Shown one piece after another: positions 1-9,913 of a stretch of DNA of 38,005 nt (positions within the stretch are counted from its first letter, which is position 1; every line of letters begins with the position of its first letter). Under the pieces are notes generated by a model. The model did no database searches. It saw only the letters and a list, made by a program, of their open reading frames with translations, and was not told where the DNA came from. The position numbers and the translations under genes were made by a program. The DNA comes from a bacterium (GTDB lineage: Bacteria > Arandabacterota > Arandabacteria > Arandabacterales > JALGWA01): positions 1-38,005 of the forward strand of contig JASFEA010000012.1 of the NCBI GenBank assembly GCA_050125095.1, written 5' to 3'.

Positions 1-1
1 C

Positions 2-3000
2 TCCGATACCACGGGTATCATTACCTGCGTGGCCGGCGCGCCCGCGAGGCTCGTAATCTCTCCCGATACCGCCACGGTGACAGCCGGCGCGTCCATTGCT
101 TTCGAGACCTCGACATACGACGCAGACAATAATCCCAGCTCCCCGGTCGCTATTGACTCCTGGGAGGTCTTAGGCGGCATCGGCAATATATCGAGCGAGG
201 GTGTCTTCGGGGCTACTACGGCCGGAACCGGAGCCGTGGCATGTTCGAGCGGCGGCCTCGTCGACTCCACGGGACATATCGTAGTGCTCGCGGACCTGCT
301 CGCCGAGCTCAACGTCTTTCCGGACTCCGTGGACGTCGCCCTCAGCGGGAGCCAGCAATTCACGGCAACAGGCCTTGACGCGTACGGCAACAGCGTCGGG
401 ACGGGCGGTCTTGCCTGGGAGGTTATCGGGGATATAGGTACGATCGACAATGCTGGACTCTTCACGGCCCAGAGTCCCGGGACCGGCCGCGTCGCCGCCG
501 CCAGCGACCTCGGCGGCGTGGTCGATACCAACAGGGTTGTGACGGTGCTTTCCAGCGACCTGGCCTACCTCCTGGTCACCCCCGATACGGCCTCCGTGAA
601 GGTCAGCGGGACGGTGCAGTTCGTGGCGTCCGGGTTCGACGCCGGCTACGAGCCGGTGAGCACGGGCCCGGTAGACTGGGGCGTGCTGGGGGGCATAGGG
701 ACCATCGACTCCGAAGGTGAGTTCACCGCCACCACCCCGGGCGTCGGCTATGTCACCGCCGCGAGTTCCATGACCGGGGCAAGAGACACCACCAACATGA
801 TAGTGGTGGAAGTCCCGACTGCGGCTGAGATCCCGCTCGGCGACAGGATAGTCCACGCGGGAGGCACCATGTCGCCCCTGCTTGCCTTCCGTCTCTCCAA
901 CTCGTTCAATGGGGCGGAAAGCGTCGAGAGCATAACCGTCCGCGACGCTTCGCGCGGGGAAGGCACCGCCGCCCAGGTACGTGCCAATGTAGATTCGCTC
1001 GACGTCTTCGTCGATGCAAACGGCAACTCCTTGCTTGACGGTTCGGATACCTGGCTCGCGTCAAGCGCCTTTCCGGCGGCCGCGACCACGATATCGTTCC
1101 CTCCCTATATTATAGGGCCCGGCTCGAGCCGCATCTTCTTCGTGGCGGCCAGAATAAGCGGATATCCCCGCGACAGGGATTCGCTGGATCTCTACCTCAT
1201 GCCCGACATCGACATCGAAATCGGCGACGGCTCAACCGTGGCAGGTGCCGATACCATAAACTCACTCGGCTACAATATCATCGACGGTCTCATCTCCGGC
1301 CAGGTCGCCCTCACGGCGCCTGAAATCACATCGGTGGCCCCGGGCGAGGGCGGGTTCAACGCCGTGACCATCGACGTCCCCCGGAACGGCTACAGCCATG
1401 ACGTTCTGAACATCCTCTCCGTATATAACTCGGGTACCGCCGATACGCTGGACCTGGATTCGCTTGTCCTGTACAGGGACGCAGGCGACGGAGCGTGGGG
1501 CGGTCCCGGTGCCGAGACCAGAATCGGGGAGCTTTCATTCACCGGAGACCAGTGGGAACTCAGCGGCATAAGCCAGTCCCTCGCAGGTCAGGTAACGCGC
1601 TTCTATCTTGCCGCTGCGGTGGCCGCGGACGCTTCAGACGGCGCCACTCTCTCCTTCGGCATACCGCTGCACGGATTCGAGATGAACTCGACAAATGACG
1701 GCCCCATTGATGCAGCGGTTGATCCCGTGGGCACCATAACGGTGGTGGACGTGGAGGCTTTAAGCGTGCGGGCCGTGAAGATCGCCGCCCGCGAACTCGT
1801 GCCGGGCGGGAGCACGGGACCCGTCGCGGCCTACGAGTTTGTGAACGGGTACGCGCTGGCCGTAGACATAGACGAGATCGTGATAACCTCATATGGCACC
1901 GATCCGGGCGGGGCGGACCCGGGCGATATAGACAGTCAGTTCGGCGACGTTTCGCTCTGGCTCGATCTCGACGGCGACCCCGCACAGCACGGGGCCGCGG
2001 ACAGCATGATCGCGTCAGGTACGCTGTCGTCGGGCAGCGTGGCTTTCGATACATACGGGCTGTCGCTTCCGCCGCACGGCGTGGTCGGGGTCTTCGTCGA
2101 AGCCCATCTCCTGGCGGAGACCGGCAAGAACGCCAATACGGTCAACTTCGGGATAGAGGCGGCGGCGGCCATCGAATCGAGCCCGTCCGTTCTAGTTTCG
2201 GGAGCCTTCCCGGTTAAGAACCCGGAGAGCTTCACGATCAACATATTCCCGGCGTCGCGAGTCACCGTCAACCCTGTTGAGGGGACCACCCTCTACGGAG
2301 GCGATACGGACGGCCTTGTCATGGATTTCAGCCTGCCGAGGAACGGCTACAGCGACGACGTCCTGAAGAGTCTCCGGATCGTAAACCGCGGCAGCGCGGA
2401 GGATGAAGACCTGCTCCAGAACGTGAAGCTGTGGGCGGACCAGGATGCGGCGGGCTTCGCCGGCGCCGACACGTTGCTGGGTTACTTTGCCATCTCAGAC
2501 TCTGCCTGGTCCGTCTCGGGACTCAACTACCCGCTCGACGGCGGGGCCAATCGCTTCTTCATAACGGTGGACGTGGCGCCCCGCGATTTCGTGGGGGGTA
2601 CGCTGAGGTTCGAAATACCAGTGGCCGGGGCGACTTATCTCTCGGGCGCGAACGGACCGGATGACGAGCCGGTCGGCAATACCCAGGCTCATTTCATTCT
2701 GCCGTCCAACCGCATAACCGTAATATCGATTCCGAGGGACGCAGCCAGCGTGCACCCCGGCAGCGCCAATGCCCAGGTGATGACATTCGCGCTTTATAAT
2801 GGATATACAGACCAGGCTCACACTCTCTCGGGAATCAGGTTGTCAAACCACTCCGTCACCGTCTCCGACGGTGAGTTCGCGGACTTTGAGCTCGGCCAGG
2901 TCTCGCTGTATTATGACTCGAACTCCAACCGGGAGTTCGACCGGGATTCGCTGCTTGCGTCGGGTTACTTCAACTCGGGCGGCCTCAGTATGGACGGCCT

Positions 3001-6000
3001 CAGCGTTTCGCTGCCTGCGGAGTCCCTTTCGTACTTCTTCATCACGTCGAAGGTGCCGCTCGGAGTCATAGACGGCGACACCCTGGAGATAAGCGTCGAG
3101 GAGCACTCGGATTTCACCTTCGGAAGGACCGTCAATCTCAACGGCGATCTGCCGCTCACGCGGGGCGGACCCCTGGTGATCGACGGGTCCGTGCGCGCCC
3201 AGTACAGGCTCTTCACGGTATCGGGGCGGACTCTCTCCCCGGGTGACGAATCAGTCACTCTGTTCGCTTTCAGGCCAGCGGTGAACGGCGACCAGGAGGA
3301 CACTCTCACATCGCTCACGATCATGAATGACGGTGACGCCGGCCCCGGCGACATCGGCAATCTGAAGGTCTGGGTGGATGCGAACGACGACCAGGAATGG
3401 CAGGCCACGGATATTCTTGCCGGTGGCCTCACCTATTCGGGTGGATCCTGGACCGTCGGCGGCCTTGAGATAGAAGTGGTTGAAGAAGCGCCGGCCGTTT
3501 TCCTGACGGGCGACGTCAAGATAGGCGCGGTGCCCAATTCGTCATTCCGGGCGGTCGTCCCTCTCGAGGGCTGCGAGTTCAAGTCCGGAAACGACGGACC
3601 GGTGGACGCGAACCTGGTCAGCGAGCAGATGTTTGTGATTTCCAGTTCCGGCCTGAGCATCACCTACGACCTCGGGCAGAGCAAGTACTCCGTTGGACAG
3701 GACATAGACCTCAAGGTCTATGTCACCAACATACTACCGACCCACCTTGAGGACATTTACTGCGATGCGACATTCGCGGGCGTCCCGGGCACGGTGGAGC
3801 TCGACAGCAGCTATGCCGGCCCGGCCAGCCTGGGGTCGGGCGAGACGGCGGAGTTCGACTACTACTATACCGCGGCGGCGCAGGGTGACGCATACTGGCA
3901 ACTCGGGGCATTCTCGACAAGCGTGCCGGAATCGTCGGCCACCGTAGAGACCGAAGTGGTCGAGATACAGACAGTCCCGACCGGGGTGGTTGTCGAGATG
4001 ATCAGCTCGATCCCCACTGCGGTCACAAGGGGCCAGTCTCATGTGTTCCCGCTCAGCGTGAGATACCATCACACGGACGTTTCACCGCTGTGCGCGCCGG
4101 TTCGGCTGGACAGTCTCCGCATACACGTGGAGGACGGCCTCGGCGGGGACCAGGCGGCACGTGATGTTTTTGAGCGGATGGTGCTGGGCGCGGGCTACAC
4201 CAACCTCGCCATCGTGGAGTCCTTTGACTCGGAGTCGTCCGTCCTGCTCGAGTTCGCCGAACCGGCGGTGATCTCCCCGGGAGAGGAGCAGATACTCTCC
4301 TTGAGAGTGGACATAGACAGCACGGCCGCCGCCTCGGCTTTCGCCCTTTCGCTCGGGAGCGAGAGCTCGGTCAGGTTCCATGACAGCAACACCGGCGGGC
4401 ACGTCCCCGTGGATCCCGGCGTGACATTCCCGCTCAAGACCGCATCATGCACCATCAACGACCCCTCGCAATCCCTGGCGGTGTCATATGTGCCGACACT
4501 CTCCGAACACGCCAATTACGGGCAACCGGACGTCTCCGTAATGCAGCTCATACTCAGGCACTACGGGGCGGCCGGCAACTCTCAAATCAAGTTCACGGGG
4601 CTCTCTTTTGAATTCACCGACGCAGGAGGCGCGGCGCTGTTCGCGGGCGACCTCGTGGAGAGCGTTGAGCTCCTCCAGCAGCAGACGCCGCTCGCCGAGC
4701 TCACGTCCTTTACATACGGGGACTCGCTGCTCACGCTATGGCTCACTTCGCCTCTGGTGGTGAGCCCGGGTCACCAGGATACCGTGAGGATTGAGGTCAC
4801 ATTGAAGTCTCAGTCGCAGTACACGGGCTTCGGAGTCACCATAGAAGACAGCAGTCTCTTTGTCCTGAGGGACCTCAGCTCGGGCTCCACCGTCCCCGCC
4901 GTGGGCGACACCGCGGCGGACGTCATCCAGCCGGTCTTCCCCATGACCTCAGGTTATGCAGGACTCAGGCAGCCGGCACGAAGCCCGGAGATCTGTCTCT
5001 CGTCGGGTCTCAACGATGGGATAGTAGCGGGTGATGACTCCGTATCGCTGCTGAGACTTGATCTCAGCTACGATGCGTCGGGAGACTACTCGCCCGTTGT
5101 ACTCGAGTATGTGAAGGTGTCCGTGCTCGACACATTGGGCAGGTCGCTGGATCCCGGCCAGCTTTTCGATCGAATAGGCTTCGCCCTTGCGGGCGGGCAG
5201 GCCCGGTATGCGACATCGATCGAGCTTGAGGGGGGCTATACATTATTCCGCTTCGGCGATGACGGGCTCGAGGTGCCTCCCGGCGGAGAGCTGGCGGTAA
5301 ACCTGATCGGCGACATCGAAGCCGACACTCCATACGACCACTTCCTCATGAGGATACATGGGGCGGGCATGATCGGAATCGCCGATGCCACCGACCCCGG
5401 AGCGAGTCCCGGCTTTGAGGAGGCGCCGGGGTGTGAGGATATCTTCCCGTTTGAGACCGGCAGCGCGAGCATATATCTGCCGGCCGGCACGCCCGAGTTC
5501 GAGGTGATATCCGTAGCCACCCGCATTGGCGCACCCGGAGGGCAGGACCTCAAGGTCTTTGTCGGGGAGCTTACCTATGAAACGGATAGCCCGCAGGGCG
5601 ACCTGGTCCTCGTCAGTATGACGGGCGATGTGCTCAGCAGGACCGGTTCGGGCGATACGCATGTCTCCGCGGCGGAAGTGTTCGACGCCGTCCATCTCAT
5701 GTCGGGCGACGAGATCGTGGCCACCGACAGCGTTCTCACGGGCAGCGGAATTCGGTTGCTTCCGGGAAGCGAGTATGTCATTTCGCGCGGTGTCGAGCAT
5801 ACGCTCGAGATAGTCTGTGATCTCAGCCCCTCGGTCGCCGCGGGCAACTATGTGATTGAGTTCGGCGACGTCGCCTTCATGCGGCTCGCTGACAGGAATC
5901 TGGCTACCGATGTGTACCCGGATCTCGTGGGCGCCGATTTGCCCGTGCGGAGCGCCGAGATCTCCGTGGCAAACGAGGATCTCGCCGGCTCATTCACCAA

Positions 6001-6289
6001 TTATCCTAATCCCTTCAATCCCGCGCGCGGCGAGCATACGACGATAGGGTTTTACATAAGCGAAAGCGCGCGCGTGGACATAGAGATATTCACCGTCACC
6101 GGAGAACTCGTCAAGAAGGTCGCCTGGAATGAGGATAAGTCGGAGGGGCCCCATCAGGATGACACCTGGTCGGGCCTCAATGAAGACGGACTCGGGGTAC
6201 TGCCGGGGACCTACCTTTGCCGGATTACTGCGAGGTATTCATCGGGCAGGACAGAGACCTGTCGAAGGAAGGTAATGGTCATAAGATGA
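2..6289 (+). CDS. Giant (>2090 aa) secreted Ig-like repeat protein with FlgD-Ig/T9SS-type C-terminal domain; 5' end lies outside the window
   Basis: Frame is open from base 2. Three Big_2-like repeats at the N-end (RLVISPDTATV, ELNVFPDSVDV, YLLVTPDTASV). Recurrent Asp-rich loops (FVDANGNSLLD, YYDSNSNREFD, WVDANDDQEW). C-terminus FTNYPNPFNP...IEIFTVTGELVK...WSGLNEDG...PGTYLCRI...KVMVIR at 5993-6289. Confidence 0.85.
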   Translation, partial: SDTTGIITCVAGAPARLVISPDTATVTAGASIAFETSTYDADNNPSSPVAIDSWEVLGGIGNISSEGVFGATTAGTGAVACSSGGLVDSTGHIVVLADLLAELNVFPDSVDVALSGSQQFTATGLDAYGNSVGTGGLAWEVIGDIGTIDNAGLFTAQSPGTGRVAAASDLGGVVDTNRVVTVLSSDLAYLLVTPDTASVKVSGTVQFVASGFDAGYEPVSTGPVDWGVLGGIGTIDSEGEFTATTPGVGYVTAASSMTGARDTTNMIVVEVPTAAEIPLGDRIVHAGGTMSPLLAFRLSNSFNGAESVESITVRDASRGEGTAAQVRANVDSLDVFVDANGNSLLDGSDTWLASSAFPAAATTISFPPYIIGPGSSRIFFVAARISGYPRDRDSLDLYLMPDIDIEIGDGSTVAGADTINSLGYNIIDGLISGQVALTAPEITSVAPGEGGFNAVTIDVPRNGYSHDVLNILSVYNSGTADTLDLDSLVLYRDAGDGAWGGPGAETRIGELSFTGDQWELSGISQSLAGQVTRFYLAAAVAADASDGATLSFGIPLHGFEMNSTNDGPIDAAVDPVGTITVVDVEALSVRAVKIAARELVPGGSTGPVAAYEFVNGYALAVDIDEIVITSYGTDPGGADPGDIDSQFGDVSLWLDLDGDPAQHGAADSMIASGTLSSGSVAFDTYGLSLPPHGVVGVFVEAHLLAETGKNANTVNFGIEAAAAIESSPSVLVSGAFPVKNPESFTINIFPASRVTVNPVEGTTLYGGDTDGLVMDFSLPRNGYSDDVLKSLRIVNRGSAEDEDLLQNVKLWADQDAAGFAGADTLLGYFAISDSAWSVSGLNYPLDGGANRFFITVDVAPRDFVGGTLRFEIPVAGATYLSGANGPDDEPVGNTQAHFILPSNRITVISIPRDAASVHPGSANAQVMTFALYNGYTDQAHTLSGIRLSNHSVTVSDGEFADFELGQVSLYYDSNSNREFDRDSLLASGYFNSGGLSMDGLSVSLPAESLSYFFITSKVPLGVIDGDTLEISVEEHSDFTFGRTVNLNGDLPLTRGGPLVIDGSVRAQYRLFTVSGRTLSPGDESVTLFAFRPAVNGDQEDTLTSLTIMNDGDAGPGDIGNLKVWVDANDDQEWQATDILAGGLTYSGGSWTVGGLEIEVVEEAPAVFLTGDVKIGAVPNSSFRAVVPLEGCEFKSGNDGPVDANLVSEQMFVISSSGLSITYDLGQSKYSVGQDIDLKVYVTNILPTHLEDIYCDATFAGVPGTVELDSSYAGPASLGSGETAEFDYYYTAAAQGDAYWQLGAFSTSVPESSATVETEVVEIQTVPTGVVVEMISSIPTAVTRGQSHVFPLSVRYHHTDVSPLCAPVRLDSLRIHVEDGLGGDQAARDVFERMVLGAGYTNLAIVESFDSESSVLLEFAEPAVISPGEEQILSLRVDIDSTAAASAFALSLGSESSVRFHDSNTGGHVPVDPGVTFPLKTASCTINDPSQSLAVSYVPTLSEHANYGQPDVSVMQLILRHYGAAGNSQIKFTGLSFEFTDAGGAALFAGDLVESVELLQQQTPLAELTSFTYGDSLLTLWLTSPLVVSPGHQDTVRIEVTLKSQSQYTGFGVTIEDSSLFVLRDLSSGSTVPAVGDTAADVIQPVFPMTSGYAGLRQPARSPEICLSSGLNDGIVAGDDSVSLLRLDLSYDASGDYSPVVLEYVKVSVLDTLGRSLDPGQLFDRIGFALAGGQARYATSIELEGGYTLFRFGDDGLEVPPGGELAVNLIGDIEADTPYDHFLMRIHGAGMIGIADATDPGASPGFEEAPGCEDIFPFETGSASIYLPAGTPEFEVISVATRIGAPGGQDLKVFVGELTYETDSPQGDLVLVSMTGDVLSRTGSGDTHVSAAEVFDAVHLMSGDEIVATDSVLTGSGIRLLPGSEYVISRGVEHTLEIVCDLSPSVAAGNYVIEFGDVAFMRLADRNLATDVYPDLVGADLPVRSAEISVANEDLAGSFTNYPNPFNPARGEHTTIGFYISESARVDIEIFTVTGELVKKVAWNEDKSEGPHQDDTWSGLNEDGLGVLPGTYLCRITARYSSGRTETCRRKVMVIR

Positions 6290-8319
6290 TGCGGGTTGCG
6301 GCTGGCATAGTATGCACCGCGGTACTGGCTGCAGGGGCAGCCCTGGCCGGCAATGGCGGCACGGAATCGCCCTTCAGCATGGGGGCGGGCACGCGTGAGC
6401 TGGCAATGGGAAGCGCCGATCTTGTGTATTGCCGGCCGGGCGCCGCGGTTTACTTGAACCCGGCGGCGCTTGCGCTGGCCGAGCGGTACTCGCTCGAGGC
6501 TTTCCACAGCAGCCTGTTCGAGTCGGACGCGGGCTACCAGTACTTCGGTTTCGCCGTTCCCACAATGGACTACGGCAGCTTCGGACTGGGAGTCTTCCGG
6601 CTCGGCATAGACGGCATAGAGAAGCGGGACGCCAGCAACCTATACCTCGGGGATATCTCGGACAGCCGGCTCGGTCTCTATCTGGGCTATGGCCACACGA
6701 TTTCGGGTTACGAGGTCGGGGCGGCCGTTACCGTGGAGCAGCACTCTCCCGATGTCTACAGCGCGACGTCTTCGCCGGGCATAACCCTGTCGGCGGGGCG
6801 CCGTTTTAAGCCGGGCAGCGACAGGTTGCCGGAGGTCGGGGCGATGTTCGTCGCCCGGAATCTGATAAGGCCCAGTATCAAACTTGACGAACAGAGCGTC
6901 ACCTATCCCTATTCGGTCGACGGTGGTTTATCGCTCCAGTTCCTTCCTGCCGGCACCCATGATCATGTCGTCTTGCTGTCGGCCAAGTTAAGCAAAGTCG
7001 AGAACCTGAACGCAAGGGCCGCGTTCGGAGTGGAGTACAGTCTTTATGATTGCGTGGGCCTCCGCGCGGGACTTAAAGACGGTGAGGCCTCATTCGGCTT
7101 CGGTCTCTTCTATAAATATGTGGGCTTCGACTATGCAATGCTCAAGCGCGACCTGGGCACGCTTCATACGTTCAGTCTTACCGCGGGCTTCGGCCTTCCG
7201 ATCAGCCTCAAACGGCGGCAACGCGAGGAGAGACGGGAGGCGGAGTTCAACAAACTGCTCAACCAGCGGTTCGCCGAATCCAACCGGATCATGATAAATG
7301 ACCTGGTTGAGCAGGCGGGGCGCATGGAATCCTCCGGCGATCTTGCCCAGGCGATTACCCTGTATGATCGGGCGTTGTTCCTTGCCGCCGACGCGGGGAT
7401 GGATACAACCGAGATTTCCTGGCGCGCTGTGAAGTCCCGTGAGCGTCTTGAGGTGGAACAGATCAACGCCGCCTACAGGCGGAGTATTGACGATGCCCGG
7501 GCGAGATTCGATTCGGGCGACTTCCTCGGCGCCAGGTACTTCGCGAACCTGGCCCTCTCGGTCAATCCGGATTCCGAAGAAGCTGAGAGTCTTCTCAAAC
7601 GCGCCGACGCCGTTGTCGCCCGGAGCGTCTCCCGGGAGCAGGAGATTGAAAGAGGCCTGATGATGGCCGATTCGCTGGCGAGCTATGGGGAGATCGATGA
7701 TGCGCTGGTTGTGGCGCGTTCGCTCAAGAAAGTGGACAGGGATGATCCCCGCGTTCAGATTGCGATCAGGAAGGCAGAATTCGCATACTGGCAGGATATC
7801 GCCGAGAAGGCCTTTGTGCGGGCCGACTATGGCCAGGCAGGGGCGGCTGTCGACTCGGCGGCGGTCAGGTTCCCGGGCCATCCGTGGATCAAGAATCTGA
7901 ACGGCAGCATCGCGGCCGAGACCGAGCGCAGGAGTCCTGCGGCAGCTCGTCCGGTTTCCGAACCCGGGTCGGAGGTGCAGAGGCCCGCAACTCTCAGTCC
8001 CGAAATGCAGAGAGAGGTGGCGGCCACTTACAAGCGCGGTCAGGACCTGTTTGAGAAAGGCAGGCTCTCGGAGGCCGTTGTTGAATGGGAGAGGGTCGAG
8101 GCGCTGGCGCCGGATCATATGTCCGTCCGGGATTACCTGGTGGATGCCTACAAGTTCCTGGGGGTGGAGCTGTATACGCAGAGCAAACTCAGCGAGGCGG
8201 TGGACGTCTGGAAGAAGGCCTCGCGCATAGCTCCGGACAGCACGGAAATCGAGAGTTATATAAAGCGCACCGAACATGAGATAAGCAAGCTGCAGGAGAT
8301 GTCCTATGACAGACGATAA
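6286..8319 (+). CDS. PorV/PorQ-like outer-membrane beta-barrel fused to coiled-coil and TPR domains
   Basis: ATG at 6286 overlaps the upstream TGA (ATGA). Signal peptide, GAGTRELAMG and YLNPAAL motifs, amphipathic strands ending LGTLHTFSLTAGF, then helical TPR-like repeats (YKRGQDLFEKGRLSEAVVEWERV). Confidence 0.75.
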   Translation: MMRVAAGIVCTAVLAAGAALAGNGGTESPFSMGAGTRELAMGSADLVYCRPGAAVYLNPAALALAERYSLEAFHSSLFESDAGYQYFGFAVPTMDYGSFGLGVFRLGIDGIEKRDASNLYLGDISDSRLGLYLGYGHTISGYEVGAAVTVEQHSPDVYSATSSPGITLSAGRRFKPGSDRLPEVGAMFVARNLIRPSIKLDEQSVTYPYSVDGGLSLQFLPAGTHDHVVLLSAKLSKVENLNARAAFGVEYSLYDCVGLRAGLKDGEASFGFGLFYKYVGFDYAMLKRDLGTLHTFSLTAGFGLPISLKRRQREERREAEFNKLLNQRFAESNRIMINDLVEQAGRMESSGDLAQAITLYDRALFLAADAGMDTTEISWRAVKSRERLEVEQINAAYRRSIDDARARFDSGDFLGARYFANLALSVNPDSEEAESLLKRADAVVARSVSREQEIERGLMMADSLASYGEIDDALVVARSLKKVDRDDPRVQIAIRKAEFAYWQDIAEKAFVRADYGQAGAAVDSAAVRFPGHPWIKNLNGSIAAETERRSPAAARPVSEPGSEVQRPATLSPEMQREVAATYKRGQDLFEKGRLSEAVVEWERVEALAPDHMSVRDYLVDAYKFLGVELYTQSKLSEAVDVWKKASRIAPDSTEIESYIKRTEHEISKLQEMSYDRR

Positions 8320-9913
8320 GCAAAGCGTTCTCGCCGGGGACGCCTGGCCGGAGCCGTCTGAGTTCAAGAAGTCGATACGCCTGGAGTTCACGATGTACGT
8401 GTCTGTCATCATCGTGGTGCTGATGGCTGTTACGGGTTACGTCATCTCCAGCCAGTACGTGAAGACGGTCACCGAGAACGTAGTCGAGAAGCTCGTGGTT
8501 CAGGCGCGATCATACTCCAACCCGGCGGGGAAACTCATCATATCCGAGGACGGTCCCGATGCCCTGCTTCTCAACAACATCTGCAAGAAGCTGGCGGACG
8601 ACAATCCCGACGTTCACTGGGCCGGGATTACAGGGGATGACGGCGTCTTCCTGGCGCATACGGACATCAGGCAGGTCATGAGCGGCGAGAAGCTCAAGCG
8701 GTTCGCCGCCAGCGGATTCTTCGACATACTGCGGCCCGACGAGAGCTTCGCCATAGCATCGGATACGATATACATATCCGTTGGAATACGGGAGAACGAG
8801 GTGAATCTGGGCACCCTGGCCGTTGCGGCATCTGCCGAGCCGATCCTGGGTGCGAAGAGAGCTTCCATACTGACGGTCCTATATATCACGGCTGCCATGA
8901 TCATCCTGGGCATACCGGCGACTATCGTCATCCTCAGACGAAAACTCAGCCCCATCGGCGTGATCACGGATCACCTGAAAGGGGTCGACCTCGAGAACCT
9001 GTCGATTGACATCCCGGTCAGAAGCGAAAACGAGTTCGGCTTCCTTGCCGAAACGCTCCGTGTAATGGGCTCCAAGCTCAATGTCGCCAAGAGGGCGCTT
9101 GTCGACAAGGAGCGAATGGAGAGGGAGTACGAAATCGCCAGGGAGATCCAGGCAAATATACTGCCAAGGGAATACCCGAGTGGAGCGCATTTCGAGATTG
9201 CGGGAGCCTACCGCAGCGCCAAGGAGGTCGGAGGGGACTACTATGATTTCGTCGAGTTTGACGAGAACAGGCTCGGCATACTCGTGGCTGATGTATCCGG
9301 CAAGTCGCTTCCCGGGATGCTCGTAATGCTCATGACGCGCGACATCGTCAAGGAGCTCACGAAATCCTTCATGGAGCCCGAAAAACTCCTGGCGGAAGTC
9401 AACAGACGGCTCCTCCCCAATATCAAGAAGGGCATGTTCGTGACCATGTTCTTCGGGGTGCTGGACCGGAGAGACGGGCGGTTCCGCTATGCTTCGGCGG
9501 GCCATAACCCGCTTGTGGTTCTGAGTCGCGATCTGGATTCAGCGAAGCTGGTCAAGACCAAGGGCTACCCGCTTGGAATGGTCCCGGCAGCCGCGTACGA
9601 AAAGAGGGTGGAGTGCCGGGAGATCACACTGGGAGAAGGCGACTGGCTCATACAGTACACCGATGGCGTAAATGAGGCCCAGGACAGGGCGGGCAACGAG
9701 TTCGGCATGGAGAGATTCGTCAGCATGGTGGAGTCCCACCGGGATCTCGAAGCCGCGGAGCTGGTCGACCGGGTTCTGGCTGAACACGCCGAGTTCGTGG
9801 GAGACGCCCCGCAGTATGATGACATCACGCTATTAGCGCTCAAATGGACGGCACAAGTCGCCGATATGAAGAGGGAAACTGTGGGGAGGACTGCCTATGT
9901 CGGTCAGGGCTAG
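8306..9913 (+). CDS. Membrane PP2C/SpoIIE (RsbU-like) Ser phosphatase with extracytoplasmic sensor and HAMP
   Basis: Two TM segments, HAMP (ENEFGFLA), PP2C motifs VGGDYYDF, ADVSGK, SAGHNP, YTDGVNEA, DDITL. Confidence 0.92.
   Translation: MTDDKQSVLAGDAWPEPSEFKKSIRLEFTMYVSVIIVVLMAVTGYVISSQYVKTVTENVVEKLVVQARSYSNPAGKLIISEDGPDALLLNNICKKLADDNPDVHWAGITGDDGVFLAHTDIRQVMSGEKLKRFAASGFFDILRPDESFAIASDTIYISVGIRENEVNLGTLAVAASAEPILGAKRASILTVLYITAAMIILGIPATIVILRRKLSPIGVITDHLKGVDLENLSIDIPVRSENEFGFLAETLRVMGSKLNVAKRALVDKERMEREYEIAREIQANILPREYPSGAHFEIAGAYRSAKEVGGDYYDFVEFDENRLGILVADVSGKSLPGMLVMLMTRDIVKELTKSFMEPEKLLAEVNRRLLPNIKKGMFVTMFFGVLDRRDGRFRYASAGHNPLVVLSRDLDSAKLVKTKGYPLGMVPAAAYEKRVECREITLGEGDWLIQYTDGVNEAQDRAGNEFGMERFVSMVESHRDLEAAELVDRVLAEHAEFVGDAPQYDDITLLALKWTAQVADMKRETVGRTAYVGQG

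Noticed and set aside
6217-6285. Longer N-terminus of the PorV-TPR ORF
   Set aside because: Overlaps the upstream CTD coding region; ATG 6286 gives a signal peptide and an ATGA overlap.
7090-8412. 440-aa antisense ORF
   Set aside because: Shadow of the PorV-TPR gene in GC-rich DNA; no recognisable motifs.
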